DNA of 51,110 nt from a bacterium (GCA_963619835.1 CAVEYD010000003.1:1-51110); one strand, 5' to 3'. Shown: positions 1 to 9,099, counted from the first letter of the stretch. Notes: generated from the letters alone by a model not told the origin. A program made the numbers and translations.

Positions 1-2
1 TT

Positions 3-1523
3 ATCAGCGGTGCAACGTTTGCATTGTTTACAAGCAAAAGCGAAGTAAACATTGCTGTCACCAGTGGTAAGGTTGCAGTAACAGCAATAGTGGACGGAGA
101 TTTAGCTTTGTCTCACCAAGAAGCAGATTCGGCTGAAGCATCCGGCTACAAAACAGTAGAAGGCTCGCTTTACAGCGGAACGGCAACGTTAGACGCAGAT
201 ACACAAACAATTACCATTGACAAAATGGTACCGATGGACAAAATTTCGTTTAAAATTTCTATCACAAACGAAAGCAATGTAAGTATTCTTTATCGCACCG
301 TAATCGGATGCTCCGAAGACGATGGATTGTTTGACGGTTTAAAAGTAACTGTGAATGATGAAGTTTTTTATGGCGAAGCCACAACAGATTACAAACAAAT
401 TGATGCGGGTGCAAATATTGAAGAAGTTGCAGTCTCTGTTGAACTTCCCATGGAAGCTGAAAATGTATTTTCAAATAAGACATGTAAATTGTACTACAAA
501 GTAGAGGCAATTCAAGGTAATGCAAAAACCGATGAAATACATGTTAACGCAAGCAATGCTCAAGAATATCTTGATGGTAAATATGGCTCAATTGACGGTA
601 AAAGAATTATTTTAGATGCAGGTGATTACGATAAACTTTATTTGCGTCAATCATTGAACGTAAGTACGAGACGCGAAGATTTGGAAAAAGATTCTACATC
701 ATATCCCGCATACTATCGTGAGTTTAACAATGTTACAATTAAGGCTGCGGATGGCGCAAGCGTCACTTGTGACGGATTTGTGGTTGAAGCCGGACTTTTC
801 TTCTTTAGTTCAGCACCTGCATCCAACCAGGAGGCTATGGGACGTGCTGAAAGTGGCTTTATCAGTTATATTTCATTAAAGAACATTGTCGTTGAGGGCA
901 TTGAATTTGAAAACGCGGGAGGCACAGCAGTGCTTATTGGCGATAATACAGGCATACAACAATTCAAAGGTTCGGCTCTCTATGTAAACGGATTTGTTGT
1001 AAAAAATTGTAAGGGCACCGGCGCCATAGCCAACGAATATCAGCACTTCTTCTCGGCAGGCACTGGTTCAACCGACTTGACATTCTGTAATGTTGAAAAT
1101 GGTGTAAAGGGATTAAACAACATAAAATTAATAAATTGTGAAATGAATTCCTACTATCAACCCGTTCACTTTAACAACAACAGTGCAATCTTAAACGGAT
1201 TTACGGTTTCCGGCTGTACGTTTAATGATTGTACAAACAACCTTATTCAACTTTCAAACAAACAAAATAACGGCAAATTTATGTTTGCGAACAACACCGT
1301 AAACGGGCTTAACGGAAGATTTATTCGTATGGCGGCAGCACAAGCTGACACAAAAGTAACATTTATTAACAACAAAATTGTAAGTGTTACTGCGTATGAC
1401 GAGGACGGCTCGGCAGCAAAAGTAACAGGTGTTGCAGGTTTTAGCGTTGTTGAATCCGGAAATGATTGGTCTGTAGGCTCATTTGACGCGGACAACGCAA
1501 CGTGGATTGCTAACGGAAAATAA
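3..1523 (+). CDS. Exported surface protein, 5'-truncated by the window edge: TasA/camelysin-like N-terminal module fused to a parallel beta-helix module
   Basis: The frame is open from position 3, with no stop upstream of the TTG at 24, so the N-terminus lies outside the window. The first residues, ISGATFALFTSKSE, resemble the GGTxAxFS/T segment that follows SipW-type signal peptides. A beta-rich module follows (MVPMDKISFKISITNESNVSILY). The C-terminal ~300 aa carry N/G/V/C-rich turn repeats (NCKGTG, NGFTVSGCTFNDC, NNTVNGLNG) typical of right-handed beta-helices. Confidence 0.6.
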   Translation: MSGATFALFTSKSEVNIAVTSGKVAVTAIVDGDLALSHQEADSAEASGYKTVEGSLYSGTATLDADTQTITIDKMVPMDKISFKISITNESNVSILYRTVIGCSEDDGLFDGLKVTVNDEVFYGEATTDYKQIDAGANIEEVAVSVELPMEAENVFSNKTCKLYYKVEAIQGNAKTDEIHVNASNAQEYLDGKYGSIDGKRIILDAGDYDKLYLRQSLNVSTRREDLEKDSTSYPAYYREFNNVTIKAADGASVTCDGFVVEAGLFFFSSAPASNQEAMGRAESGFISYISLKNIVVEGIEFENAGGTAVLIGDNTGIQQFKGSALYVNGFVVKNCKGTGAIANEYQHFFSAGTGSTDLTFCNVENGVKGLNNIKLINCEMNSYYQPVHFNNNSAILNGFTVSGCTFNDCTNNLIQLSNKQNNGKFMFANNTVNGLNGRFIRMAAAQADTKVTFINNKIVSVTAYDEDGSAAKVTGVAGFSVVESGNDWSVGSFDADNATWIANGK

Positions 1524-1557
1524 AATTTATTTCATTGCGAAAAACACATAAAAACGG

Positions 1558-1592
1558 CAAAGGGGAACATCGTCTTGATGCGCCCCTTTTCT
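1558..1592 (+). terminator. Rho-independent terminator after the surface-protein gene
   Basis: AAAGGGG..CATC-gtctt-GATG..CCCCTTTT hairpin followed by a T-run. Confidence 0.6.
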
Positions 1593-1690
1593 AATTGTTT
1601 ACGAATATTTTTTTTGTTACTGTTTGTAGTAAATCGTGTCAAAGTCGCAAAAAATCAAATATAAACTATCGTAAATGCGATCCTTAAAAA

Positions 1691-1722
1691 AATAAAAAAA
1701 GTACTCGAAAAAAATCGAGTAC
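1691..1722 (-). terminator. Rho-independent terminator of tRNA-Pro
   Basis: Perfect 8-bp inverted repeat GTACTCGA-aaaaaa-TCGAGTAC (1701-1722). On the minus strand it is followed by a long T-run, 10 nt after the tRNA CCA end. Confidence 0.8.
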
Positions 1723-1732
1723 CTCTTTTGCC

Positions 1733-1809
1733 TGGTCTGAGTGACAGGACTTGAACCTGCGACACCTAGACCCCCAGTCTAGTGCGCTACCAAACTGCGC
1801 TACACCCAG
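1733..1809 (-). tRNA. tRNA-Pro, anticodon GGG
   Basis: Hand-folded 77-nt cloverleaf on the minus strand: acceptor CTGGGTG/CACTCAG (C1:G72), A73, encoded CCA; D stem GCGC/GCGC; anticodon stem CTAGA/TCTAG with loop C-T-GGG-G-G (G37); T arm GCAGG-TTCAAGT-CCTGT. Confidence 0.9.
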
Positions 1810-1819
1810 ATGCTAATTT

Positions 1820-1848
1820 ATGATACAACACTCGTTAAAAAAAATCAA
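1820..1848 (-). promoter_or_regulatory. Sigma-A-type promoter for tRNA-Pro
   Basis: On the minus strand, TTGATT (plus 1843-1848), 17-nt spacer, TATCAT (plus 1820-1825). The predicted start is only a few nt upstream of the mature tRNA 5' end. Confidence 0.6.
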
Positions 1849-2068
1849 CCAAAAACGCAAAGATTGTAAAAAATACTTTTTTAGTAAAAACAATTAAATA
1901 AAAAGACAATCTGAAAAAACGCAAGATATAAAGATGATTAGTGTAATAAAAAAAAGATGAATGATAAATAATTGATGAACGGTAAATAATTAAGGCGATA
2001 ATAAAAAACAACAATGGAAAGAGAAAACACCTAATAAAAGAAGATAAAAAATTATTATAATTAAATAT

Positions 2069-2097
2069 TTGACAATTTTAGTAGATACCATTATTAT
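2069..2097 (+). promoter_or_regulatory. Sigma-A promoter P1 of the S10 operon
   Basis: TTGACA (2069-2074), 17-nt spacer, TATTAT (2092-2097), with A/T-rich UP-like sequence upstream. Confidence 0.65.
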
Positions 2098-2195
2098 ATA
2101 GATACTTTATTTTGCGTGTTTTTTGCGCAGTTTGTTTCGTTTATTTTTACTCAAAATTTTTCCAAATTTTTTTTGATTTTTCTGTGTTATTTTGT

Positions 2196-2224
2196 TTGAC
2201 AACCATTGATTAGTATGTTATCAT
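2196..2224 (+). promoter_or_regulatory. Sigma-A promoter P2 of the S10 operon (extended -10)
   Basis: TTGACA (2196-2201), 17-nt spacer ending in TGT, TATCAT (2219-2224). Confidence 0.65.
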
Positions 2225-2230
2225 TGATAG

Positions 2231-2485
2231 GCTGCGAAATAGGGGCTGACGCGTAAGGTTACTGAGAAAACAGAAAACTTACTGCCGACCAGCGACGCCA
2301 CGAGCGTTGCGACCGAACGAAAAATTTTAATATTTTGTTGCGTTAAGTGACGAAAAATCAAACTGGTGCAAAAATGTGAGCAAATGAAAATTTGCTTTAT
2401 TAAAAGCCGCAGCACGAAACACACGGAAGTGTTGTCGTCGTAAAAGCAGTTCGGACAAATAAAACAATGTAAAGGAGTAACTCAC
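2231..2485 (+). promoter_or_regulatory. Long structured 5' leader of rpsJ (candidate ribosomal-protein autoregulatory RNA)
   Basis: About 255 nt lie between P2 and the rpsJ ATG, visibly richer in G+C than the flanking intergenic DNA. Local hairpins: 2251-2285 (GCGTAAG/CTTAC(T)GC), 2292-2310 (GCGACGC-cacga-GCGTTGC), 2379-2396 (AGCAAAT-GAAA-ATTTGCT), and about 2414-2438 (ACAC-GGAA-GTGT core). Confidence 0.45.
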
Positions 2486-2794
2486 ATGGCAAATCAAAAA
2501 ATCAGAATCAAATTAAAGTCCTACGATCACAATCTTGTTGACCTTGCATGCCAAAAAATAGTTGATGCGGCTGTAAAGATGGGAAGCAAAGTGTCCGGAC
2601 CTATCCCCCTTCCTACCGAAAAGGAAATTGTAACGGTTTTGCGTGCTACACATAAATATAAGGACGCGCGCGAACAATTTGAACTACGCACATACAAGCG
2701 TTTGATTGACATCTACAGCCCAAATGCAAAAACAATCGATTCACTTACTAAGTTGGATTTGCCCGCAGGCATTGATGTAAAAATCAAGCTGTAA
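2486..2794 (+). CDS. rpsJ: 30S ribosomal protein S10
   Basis: 102 aa, [31 protein letters not shown]. First gene of the S10-spc-alpha order. Confidence 0.97.
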   Translation: MANQKIRIKLKSYDHNLVDLACQKIVDAAVKMGSKVSGPIPLPTEKEIVTVLRATHKYKDAREQFELRTYKRLIDIYSPNAKTIDSLTKLDLPAGIDVKIKL

Positions 2795-2828
2795 CATATT
2801 GTAAATATTACGGAGGTGAACTTTATCT

Positions 2829-3461
2829 ATGAATAAAGCAATCATTGGAAAGAAACTCGGAATGACCCAAGTTTTCCTTGCAGACGGAACTATGGTGCCG
2901 GTAACGGTAATTCAAGCAGGCCCCTGCACAGTAACACAAAAGAAAACTGTAGAACGTGATGGTTATTCGGCATATCAATTCGGTTTTGAAACCGTTTCCG
3001 AAAAGAAACTTAACAAACCGGAACTCGGACATTTGAAAAACAGCGGTGCAACAGTAAAGCACTTGCATGAGTTTCAACTTGAAAATGCAAATTTGGAAGT
3101 TGGCTCGGTTGTTTCTTGTGATGTCTTTGCAGAAGGCGACGTTGTAGACGTAACCGGAATTACAAAAGGTCATGGATTTAGCGGTGTTATCAAACGCTGG
3201 AATCAACACAGACTTAAGGAAACCCACGGTGTAGGTCCTGTTCACAGAGAAGTAGGTTCCATGGGACCCATCAGTAGTCCTTCACGTGTTATGCCCGGTA
3301 AAAACCTTCCCGGACATTACGGTGTAGAACAAGTAACAATTCTCAACTTGTCTGTTGTAAAAGTAGACAAAGAAAAGGGTGTTCTCCTTGTAAAAGGTGC
3401 AGTACCCGGAGCAAAGAACAGCATTGTTTATGTTCGCAATGCAGTTAAAACAGCTAAGTAA
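2829..3461 (+). CDS. rplC: 50S ribosomal protein L3
   Basis: 210 aa with GITKGHGFSGVIKRWN. GGAGGTG RBS. Operon position. Confidence 0.97.
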   Translation: MNKAIIGKKLGMTQVFLADGTMVPVTVIQAGPCTVTQKKTVERDGYSAYQFGFETVSEKKLNKPELGHLKNSGATVKHLHEFQLENANLEVGSVVSCDVFAEGDVVDVTGITKGHGFSGVIKRWNQHRLKETHGVGPVHREVGSMGPISSPSRVMPGKNLPGHYGVEQVTILNLSVVKVDKEKGVLLVKGAVPGAKNSIVYVRNAVKTAK

Positions 3462-3483
3462 TTGGTGAAAGGAGTAAATGACA

Positions 3484-4107
3484 ATGCAAGTTAAAGTTTA
3501 TAACAAATCGGCAAATGAAGTCGGAACATTGAAACTTGACGATGCGGTGTTCGGTTGTGAATACAACGAAGCTCTTATTCATCAAGTAGTGGTTGCTTAT
3601 CAAGCTAACCAAAGACAAGGAACAAAATCTGCTCTTACACGTACAGAAGTTCGTGGCGGCGGAATTAAACCTTGGAGACAAAAGGGTACAGGACGCGCTC
3701 GTCAAGGATCTATTCGCGCTCCGCAATGGATCAAAGGTGGCGTTGTGTTTGCACCCAAACCGAGAGATTTCTCAAAGAAAGTAAACAAAAAGATGAAGGC
3801 ACAAGCTTATCGCAGTGCAATCAGCTATAAAGTGGCAAACAACGAGTTGACAGTAATTGACGAACTTACGTTAGAAGCTCCCAAAACAAAGCTTGTAGCA
3901 GAAGTGCTTAAAAACTTTAAGATGGGTCAAAAAACGTTGCTTATCGTTTCCGGTGATGCAGCCGACATTGTAAGAGCCGGTTCCAACATTGAAAACCTTA
4001 CAATCGTTGACGCTTCTCTTTCTAACGTTTATCAACTTGTTTCCAATGTTGCAGTGCTTGCAACCAAGGATGCAATTAAGCAAATTGAGGAGGCTTATTC
4101 TCTATGA
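3484..4107 (+). CDS. rplD: 50S ribosomal protein L4
   Basis: RGGGIKPWRQKGTGRARQGS motif. The track start at 3478 lies only 3 nt after AAGGAG; the in-frame ATG at 3484 has normal spacing and was chosen. Confidence 0.93.
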   Translation: MQVKVYNKSANEVGTLKLDDAVFGCEYNEALIHQVVVAYQANQRQGTKSALTRTEVRGGGIKPWRQKGTGRARQGSIRAPQWIKGGVVFAPKPRDFSKKVNKKMKAQAYRSAISYKVANNELTVIDELTLEAPKTKLVAEVLKNFKMGQKTLLIVSGDAADIVRAGSNIENLTIVDASLSNVYQLVSNVAVLATKDAIKQIEEAYSL

Positions 4108-4394
4108 ATTCCTACGATATTATAATTCGTCCGGTATTGACGGAAAAAAGCTACGCCGGCATTCCTGCTAAAACTTACACCTTCCAAGTTGCAAAAAATG
4201 CAAACAAGGTTCAAGTTAAAAATGCAGTTGAACAAATCTTCGGCGTAAAAGTTGACAATGTAACGACAGCTACCGTAAAAGGTAAAGCTAAGAGACAAGG
4301 CAGAACAGAAGGACACACGTCCGACTGGAAGAAGGCAACTGTGCGTTTGACGGCGGACAGCAAAGCAATCGAATTCTTCGAAAGCTTGTCCTGA
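4104..4394 (+). CDS. rplW: 50S ribosomal protein L23
   Basis: 96 aa, DIIIRPVLTEKS. ATGA overlap with the rplD stop. Confidence 0.96.
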   Translation: MNSYDIIIRPVLTEKSYAGIPAKTYTFQVAKNANKVQVKNAVEQIFGVKVDNVTTATVKGKAKRQGRTEGHTSDWKKATVRLTADSKAIEFFESLS

Positions 4395-4412
4395 TAACGG
4401 AGGTAGACTACA

Positions 4413-5237
4413 ATGGCTATTAAAAAATATAAACCTACTTCGCCCGCACGTCGTTTTATGTCTGTTTCGACGTACGAAGAAATCACAACAACAACTCCGG
4501 AAAAGAGCTTGCTTGCTGTTTCTAAGAAAACAGGCGGTCGTAACTCAACCGGAAGAATCACCGTTCGTCACATCGGCGGTGGCAATCGCATTAAGTACAG
4601 AATTATCGATTTCAAACGCGACAAGTCCGTACCTGCAAAAGTTGCAACAATCGAGTACGATCCAAATCGTTCTGCAAACATTGCTCTTCTTCATTATGCT
4701 GACGGAGAAAAAAGATACATTCTTGCTCCCGTAGGGCTTAATGTTGGCGACACAGTTGTTGCAAGCGCAGATGCAGATATCAAAGTTGGTAACAATCTTC
4801 CTTTGGAAAACATTCCCGTTGGTACAATTGTGCACAACATCGAAATGAATCCCGGAAAGGGCGGACAAATTGCCCGCGCTGCAGGTATTTTTGCTCAACT
4901 TATGGCAAAAGAAGGCAAGTATGCAACACTTCGTATGCCTAGTGGAGAAATGAGATTGATTCTTCTTAAGTGCCACGCAACCATCGGTCAAGTTGGTAAC
5001 TTGGATCACGAAATCGTTTCTATCGGTAAAGCCGGCAAAACACGCCACATGGGCATTAAACCTACCGTTCGTGGTAGCGTAATGAACCCTTGCGATCACC
5101 CTCATGGTGGTGGTGAAGGTAAGTCGCCCGTTGGTCGTCCCGGTCCTGTTACTCCTTGGGGTAAACCTGCTTTGGGTTACAAGACAAGAAAGAAGAAAAA
5201 GGCTTCAAGCAAACTTATCGTGAAGCGTGTTAACTAA
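4413..5237 (+). CDS. rplB: 50S ribosomal protein L2
   Basis: 274 aa with [15 protein letters not shown] and HPHGGGEGK. Confidence 0.98.
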   Translation: MAIKKYKPTSPARRFMSVSTYEEITTTTPEKSLLAVSKKTGGRNSTGRITVRHIGGGNRIKYRIIDFKRDKSVPAKVATIEYDPNRSANIALLHYADGEKRYILAPVGLNVGDTVVASADADIKVGNNLPLENIPVGTIVHNIEMNPGKGGQIARAAGIFAQLMAKEGKYATLRMPSGEMRLILLKCHATIGQVGNLDHEIVSIGKAGKTRHMGIKPTVRGSVMNPCDHPHGGGEGKSPVGRPGPVTPWGKPALGYKTRKKKKASSKLIVKRVN

Positions 5238-5252
5238 TCGGAGGAATGAAAA

Positions 5253-5531
5253 ATGAGTAGATCAATTAAAAAAGGACCTTACGTTCAACCCGTTCTTCTT
5301 AAAAGAATACAGGCTATGAACGCCGCAGGTGAAAAGAAAGTTGTAAAAACGTGGTCAAGAAGTTCTACGATTTTCCCCGATTTTGTGGGACACACAATCG
5401 CAGTACATGACGGAAGAAAACACGTTCCTGTCTATATCACAGAAGATATGGTAGGATTAAAGTTGGGCGAATTTGCACCCACAAGAACATTTAAGGGACA
5501 CGCCGGCAGTAAAACAGCAGGCGCTAAATAG
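5253..5531 (+). CDS. rpsS: 30S ribosomal protein S19
   Basis: 92 aa with [17 protein letters not shown]. Confidence 0.97.
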   Translation: MSRSIKKGPYVQPVLLKRIQAMNAAGEKKVVKTWSRSSTIFPDFVGHTIAVHDGRKHVPVYITEDMVGLKLGEFAPTRTFKGHAGSKTAGAK

Positions 5532-5542
5532 GAGGAAAAAAG

Positions 5543-5929
5543 ATGGCAACAAGAAGTAAAGCAAAAGCCCTTGTTCGTGCTGAAAATAAAGACAGACGTC
5601 CTAAGGCAATAGCAAAGTACATCCGTATTTCTCCGTCCAAAGTTCATGTTGTTTTGGATTTGATCCGCGGCAAGAGCTACAAGGATGCAGTCGCTATTTT
5701 GAAAACAACTGCTAAATCGGCTTGCGAACCGGTTTTGAAGTGCTTAAACAGTGCAGCAGCAAACGCAGAAGTAAATTTAGGAATGAACAAAGATACTCTT
5801 TACGTAGCAGAATGCTTTGCAGATCAAGGCCCGACGCTTAAGAGAATGCAACCCGTTTCTCGTGGTAGAGGCTATCGCATCTTGAAGAGAACAAGTCACA
5901 TCACAGTGATTTTGGACGAGAGAGCGTAA
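5543..5929 (+). CDS. rplV: 50S ribosomal protein L22
   Basis: 128 aa with [16 protein letters not shown]. Operon position. Confidence 0.96.
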   Translation: MATRSKAKALVRAENKDRRPKAIAKYIRISPSKVHVVLDLIRGKSYKDAVAILKTTAKSACEPVLKCLNSAAANAEVNLGMNKDTLYVAECFADQGPTLKRMQPVSRGRGYRILKRTSHITVILDERA

Positions 5930-5946
5930 AGGGAGGAGAACATTTT

Positions 5947-6615
5947 ATGGGACAAAAAGTTAATCCGCACGGACTAAGAGTCGGCGTTATTCAAGATTGG
6001 AATGCAAAATGGATTGCAGACAAAAAGGATTTCGCAAAATATATCAAGGAAGACGATAAAATCAGAACATTCCTTAAAAACAAGTACTATCAAGCTTCAA
6101 TCAGCAAAATTGTTATTGAACGCTCTGAAGGAAAAGTTATCGTTGATCTTCACACAGGACGTCCTGGCGTACTTATCGGTAAGGCAGGAGCAGGTGCCGA
6201 AGAAATTAAGAGCGACGTTCAAAAGATCGCAGGTGACAAGAACGTTGTTATCAACATTGTAGAAGTTAAACGTCCTGATATGGATGCTCAACTTGTTGCA
6301 GAAGGAATTGCAGCTCAACTAGAAAAGCGTGTATCTTTCCGTAGAGCTATGCGTCAATGCATGGGCAGAGCTACTCGTTCCGGCGCAAAGGGAATCAAAA
6401 CAATGGTTTCCGGACGTCTTGACGGAGCTGAAATTTCTCGTAGCGAACAATACCATGAAGGTAGTATTCCTCTTCATACATTAAGAGCCGATATCGATTA
6501 CGGTTTTGCAAAAGCTCACACAACTTTTGGTGTAATCGGTGTAAAGGTTTGGGTGTACAGAGGAGAAGTGCTTCCTAGAAAGAAAAAGACTGTCAAAAAG
6601 GAGGTAACTGAATAA
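5947..6615 (+). CDS. rpsC: 30S ribosomal protein S3
   Basis: 222 aa, [13 protein letters not shown] with a KH-domain region. Confidence 0.97.
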   Translation: MGQKVNPHGLRVGVIQDWNAKWIADKKDFAKYIKEDDKIRTFLKNKYYQASISKIVIERSEGKVIVDLHTGRPGVLIGKAGAGAEEIKSDVQKIAGDKNVVINIVEVKRPDMDAQLVAEGIAAQLEKRVSFRRAMRQCMGRATRSGAKGIKTMVSGRLDGAEISRSEQYHEGSIPLHTLRADIDYGFAKAHTTFGVIGVKVWVYRGEVLPRKKKTVKKEVTE

Positions 6616-7049
6616 TGTTAATGCCTAAAAGAGTTAAGAGACGTCGTCAATTCCGTGGAAGAATGAAAGGCGAAGCTCACAAGGGCAACAAGGTTGCCTA
6701 CGGCGAATACGGTTTGCAAGCACTTGAATGTGGATGGATTACCTCCAACCAAATTGAGGCTGCTCGTGTAGCTATGACTCGTTTTGTAAAGCGTGGCGGT
6801 AAAGTTTGGGTAGATATCTTCCCTCACAAACCCGTTACTAAAAAGCCTGCAGAAACCAGAATGGGTTCCGGTAAAGGTTCTCCTGAATATTGGGTTGCTG
6901 TAGTTAAACCGGGCAGAGTAATGTTTGAAATGGGCGGTATCTCCGAAGATCAAGCTCGTGAAGCATTGCGTCTTGCTAGTCACAAATTGCCTGTTAAGTG
7001 CAAGTTTGTGAAGAAAGAAGATGAGGTGAATGCAGATGAAAGCAAGTAA
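6615..7049 (+). CDS. rplP: 50S ribosomal protein L16
   Basis: 144 aa, [19 protein letters not shown]. The ATG overlaps the rpsC stop. Confidence 0.97.
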   Translation: MLMPKRVKRRRQFRGRMKGEAHKGNKVAYGEYGLQALECGWITSNQIEAARVAMTRFVKRGGKVWVDIFPHKPVTKKPAETRMGSGKGSPEYWVAVVKPGRVMFEMGGISEDQAREALRLASHKLPVKCKFVKKEDEVNADESK

Positions 7050-7230
7050 TGTGCGTGAACTTAATAATGAAGAATTGGTAGCTAAGCTTGCCGATTTGAA
7101 GAAAGAGCTGTTCAATTTGCGTCTATCTCACGCAACTGGACAACTTACTAACCCTCTTGCGCTCGCAAATGTCAAAAAGGACATCGCAAGAATAAAGACT
7201 GTTCTCCGTGAAAGAGAACTCAACGCGTAA
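7036..7230 (+). CDS. rpmC: 50S ribosomal protein L29
   Basis: [17 protein letters not shown]. The ATG at 7036 lies 7 nt after GAGGTG; the track start at 7030 abuts the RBS. Confidence 0.93.
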   Translation: MKASNVRELNNEELVAKLADLKKELFNLRLSHATGQLTNPLALANVKKDIARIKTVLRERELNA

Positions 7231-7246
7231 GTGGAGGTAAGGTACA

Positions 7247-7501
7247 ATGGAAAGAAACAGTAGAAAAGAGAGAGTTGGAATTGTTGTTTCCGACAAAATG
7301 GACAAAACAATCGTTGTTGCTATTGTAAATAAATACAAACACCCTCTTTACAAAAAGACAGTGTCAACAACAAAAAAATACAAAGTACACGATGAAAACA
7401 ACGAATGCGGAATCGGTGATACGGTTAGAATCGTTGAAACAAGAAAATTGTCCAAAGATAAGAATTGGCGTTTGCTTGAAATCGTCGAAAAGGCTAAATA
7501 G
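7247..7501 (+). CDS. rpsQ: 30S ribosomal protein S17
   Basis: 84 aa with [16 protein letters not shown]. Confidence 0.96.
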   Translation: MERNSRKERVGIVVSDKMDKTIVVAIVNKYKHPLYKKTVSTTKKYKVHDENNECGIGDTVRIVETRKLSKDKNWRLLEIVEKAK

Positions 7502-7513
7502 GAGGACGGTACA

Positions 7514-7882
7514 GTGATACAACCACAAACAAGACTTAAGGCCGCAGATAACAGCGGAGCAAAAGAACTTATGTGTATCAGGGTGCTTGGCGGCTCCTTC
7601 CGTAAGTTCGGCAATATCGGTGACGTAATTGTTGCCAGTGTAAAAAGTGCAAATCCGGGTGGAATTGTTAAAAAGGGTGACGTCGTAAAGGCAGTTATCG
7701 TAAGATCATCATTCGGAATCAATCGTAAAGACGGAACACACATCCGTTTTGACGACAATGCAGCAGTAATTATCGATTCACAAAAGCAACCCAGAGGCAC
7801 GCGTATTTTTGGGCCAGTAGCAAGAGAACTTCGTGAAAAAGATTACATGAAGATCGTATCCCTTGCACCCGAAGTACTGTAA
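7514..7882 (+). CDS. rplN: 50S ribosomal protein L14
   Basis: 122 aa, GTG start, [18 protein letters not shown]. Confidence 0.97.
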   Translation: MIQPQTRLKAADNSGAKELMCIRVLGGSFRKFGNIGDVIVASVKSANPGGIVKKGDVVKAVIVRSSFGINRKDGTHIRFDDNAAVIIDSQKQPRGTRIFGPVARELREKDYMKIVSLAPEVL

Positions 7883-7900
7883 TTAGGAGGACTCGTAGAA

Positions 7901-8299
7901 ATGGCAAGTATGAATGTTAGGTCCGGTGATACAGTCGAAGTAGTTGTTGGCGGAGTAGAAAACCGCGGCAAGAGAGGCAAGATCATCGTAGCCGATCCCA
8001 AAACGGGACGCGTAATCGTTGAAAATCTCAACTTGGTTACAAAACACAAGAAACCACGTTCGGCACAAGAGCAAGGCGGAAAGGTTGAAAGACCTCGTGC
8101 AATTGACGCAAGTAATGTTATGCTCGTTTGCCCTAAATGCGGAAAAACCACACGTGTGGCGCATGTCCTCGGAGAACATGGTAAATATCTTAGAAGTTGC
8201 AAAAAATGCGGCGCTGTAATTGATGCTAAAGAAGAAAAGAAAGCTATCAAAAAGACCGCAAAAAGATCTTCCAAAAAGAAGACCGCTGCCGAAGAATAA
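7901..8299 (+). CDS. rplX: 50S ribosomal protein L24, Cys4 (zinc-ribbon-type) variant with a lysine-rich C-terminal tail
   Basis: 132 aa with an N-terminal KOW region (VRSGDTVEVVVG..RGKRGKI). CPKCG and CKKCG pairs lie in the C-terminal hairpin, followed by the tail KEEKKAIKKTAKRSSKKKTAAEE. GGAGG RBS. Confidence 0.95.
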   Translation: MASMNVRSGDTVEVVVGGVENRGKRGKIIVADPKTGRVIVENLNLVTKHKKPRSAQEQGGKVERPRAIDASNVMLVCPKCGKTTRVAHVLGEHGKYLRSCKKCGAVIDAKEEKKAIKKTAKRSSKKKTAAEE

Positions 8300-8314
8300 T
8301 AAAGGAGGAACAAA

Positions 8315-8896
8315 ATGGCTGCAAAGAAAAATGAAGTTGCAAAAAGCAACCAACCGATCGAATGCAGATTGAAGACATTGTACAAAGAGACAGTTGTTCC
8401 TCAACTCATTAAAGAATTCGGTTATAAAAACATCAACGAAGTTCCTAAACTTGAAAAGATTGTTCTTAACTCCGGTTTAGGTGACGTGAAAGACAATTCA
8501 AAGTCTTTCCAATTGGCTGTAGAAGAACTTAAAATCATCTCCGGTCAAAAACCGCTTGTTACCAACAGCAAACTAAGTGTTGCTAACTTCAAAGTTAGAA
8601 AAGGTATGGCGGTAGGTGCTAAAGTTACGCTTCGCGGAGAACGCATGTATTCATTCATGGATAAGCTCGTAAGTATTGCTCTTCCCAGAGTAAGAGACTT
8701 CCGTGGTGTAAACACCAATCTCGACGGACGTGGAAACTACACGCTCGGCATTCGCGAACAACTCATTTTCCCTGAAATCGTTTACGATCAAGTGGAAAAG
8801 ACAAGAGGTTTTGACGTTACATTTGTTACAACGGCAAAAACCGACGAAGAAGGAAAAGCATTGCTTAAATATTTGGGCATGCCCTTCAGAGCATAG
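8315..8896 (+). CDS. rplE: 50S ribosomal protein L5
   Basis: 193 aa with [10 protein letters not shown] and PEIVYDQV. A ~14-aa N-terminal extension is supported by a strong AAGGAGG RBS. Confidence 0.96.
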   Translation: MAAKKNEVAKSNQPIECRLKTLYKETVVPQLIKEFGYKNINEVPKLEKIVLNSGLGDVKDNSKSFQLAVEELKIISGQKPLVTNSKLSVANFKVRKGMAVGAKVTLRGERMYSFMDKLVSIALPRVRDFRGVNTNLDGRGNYTLGIREQLIFPEIVYDQVEKTRGFDVTFVTTAKTDEEGKALLKYLGMPFRA

Positions 8897-8913
8897 TCGA
8901 GAGGTACGTAATT

Positions 8914-9099
8914 ATGGCTAAAAAATCAATGATAAACAAACAACAAAGAACACCAAAGTATTCCACTCGCGGATATACACGTTGTTCAATCTGCGGTCGT
9001 CCCCATTCTGTATTAAGAAAGTACGGCATTTGCAGAATTTGCTTCAGAGAAAAGGCGTACAAGGGTGAAATCCCCGGCGTTAAAAAAGCAAGTTGGTAA
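8914..9099 (+). CDS. rpsN: 30S ribosomal protein S14, type Z (zinc-binding)
   Basis: 61 aa with CSICGRP...CRIC. Confidence 0.96.
   Translation: MAKKSMINKQQRTPKYSTRGYTRCSICGRPHSVLRKYGICRICFREKAYKGEIPGVKKASW

Noticed and set aside
3-20. SGAT in the first visible residues of the edge-truncated surface protein, considered as a possible ApbE flavinylation acceptor motif ([S/T]GA[S/T]).
   Set aside because: The context (GATFALFTS) fits the conserved post-signal-peptide segment of TasA/camelysin-like proteins, not an FMN_bind-type loop. The resemblance is most likely coincidental.
2221-2424. Minus-strand 67-aa ORF inside the rpsJ leader.
   Set aside because: It has no RBS and runs antisense through the promoter-proximal leader. 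The sequence is better explained as structured RNA on the + strand.
6618-8404. Long antisense ORFs across the ribosomal operon (6618-7115, 7348-7800, 7843-8385, 7883-8404 and many shorter ones).
   Set aside because: They are opposite highly conserved r-protein genes. They are typical shadow frames and show no independent signals.
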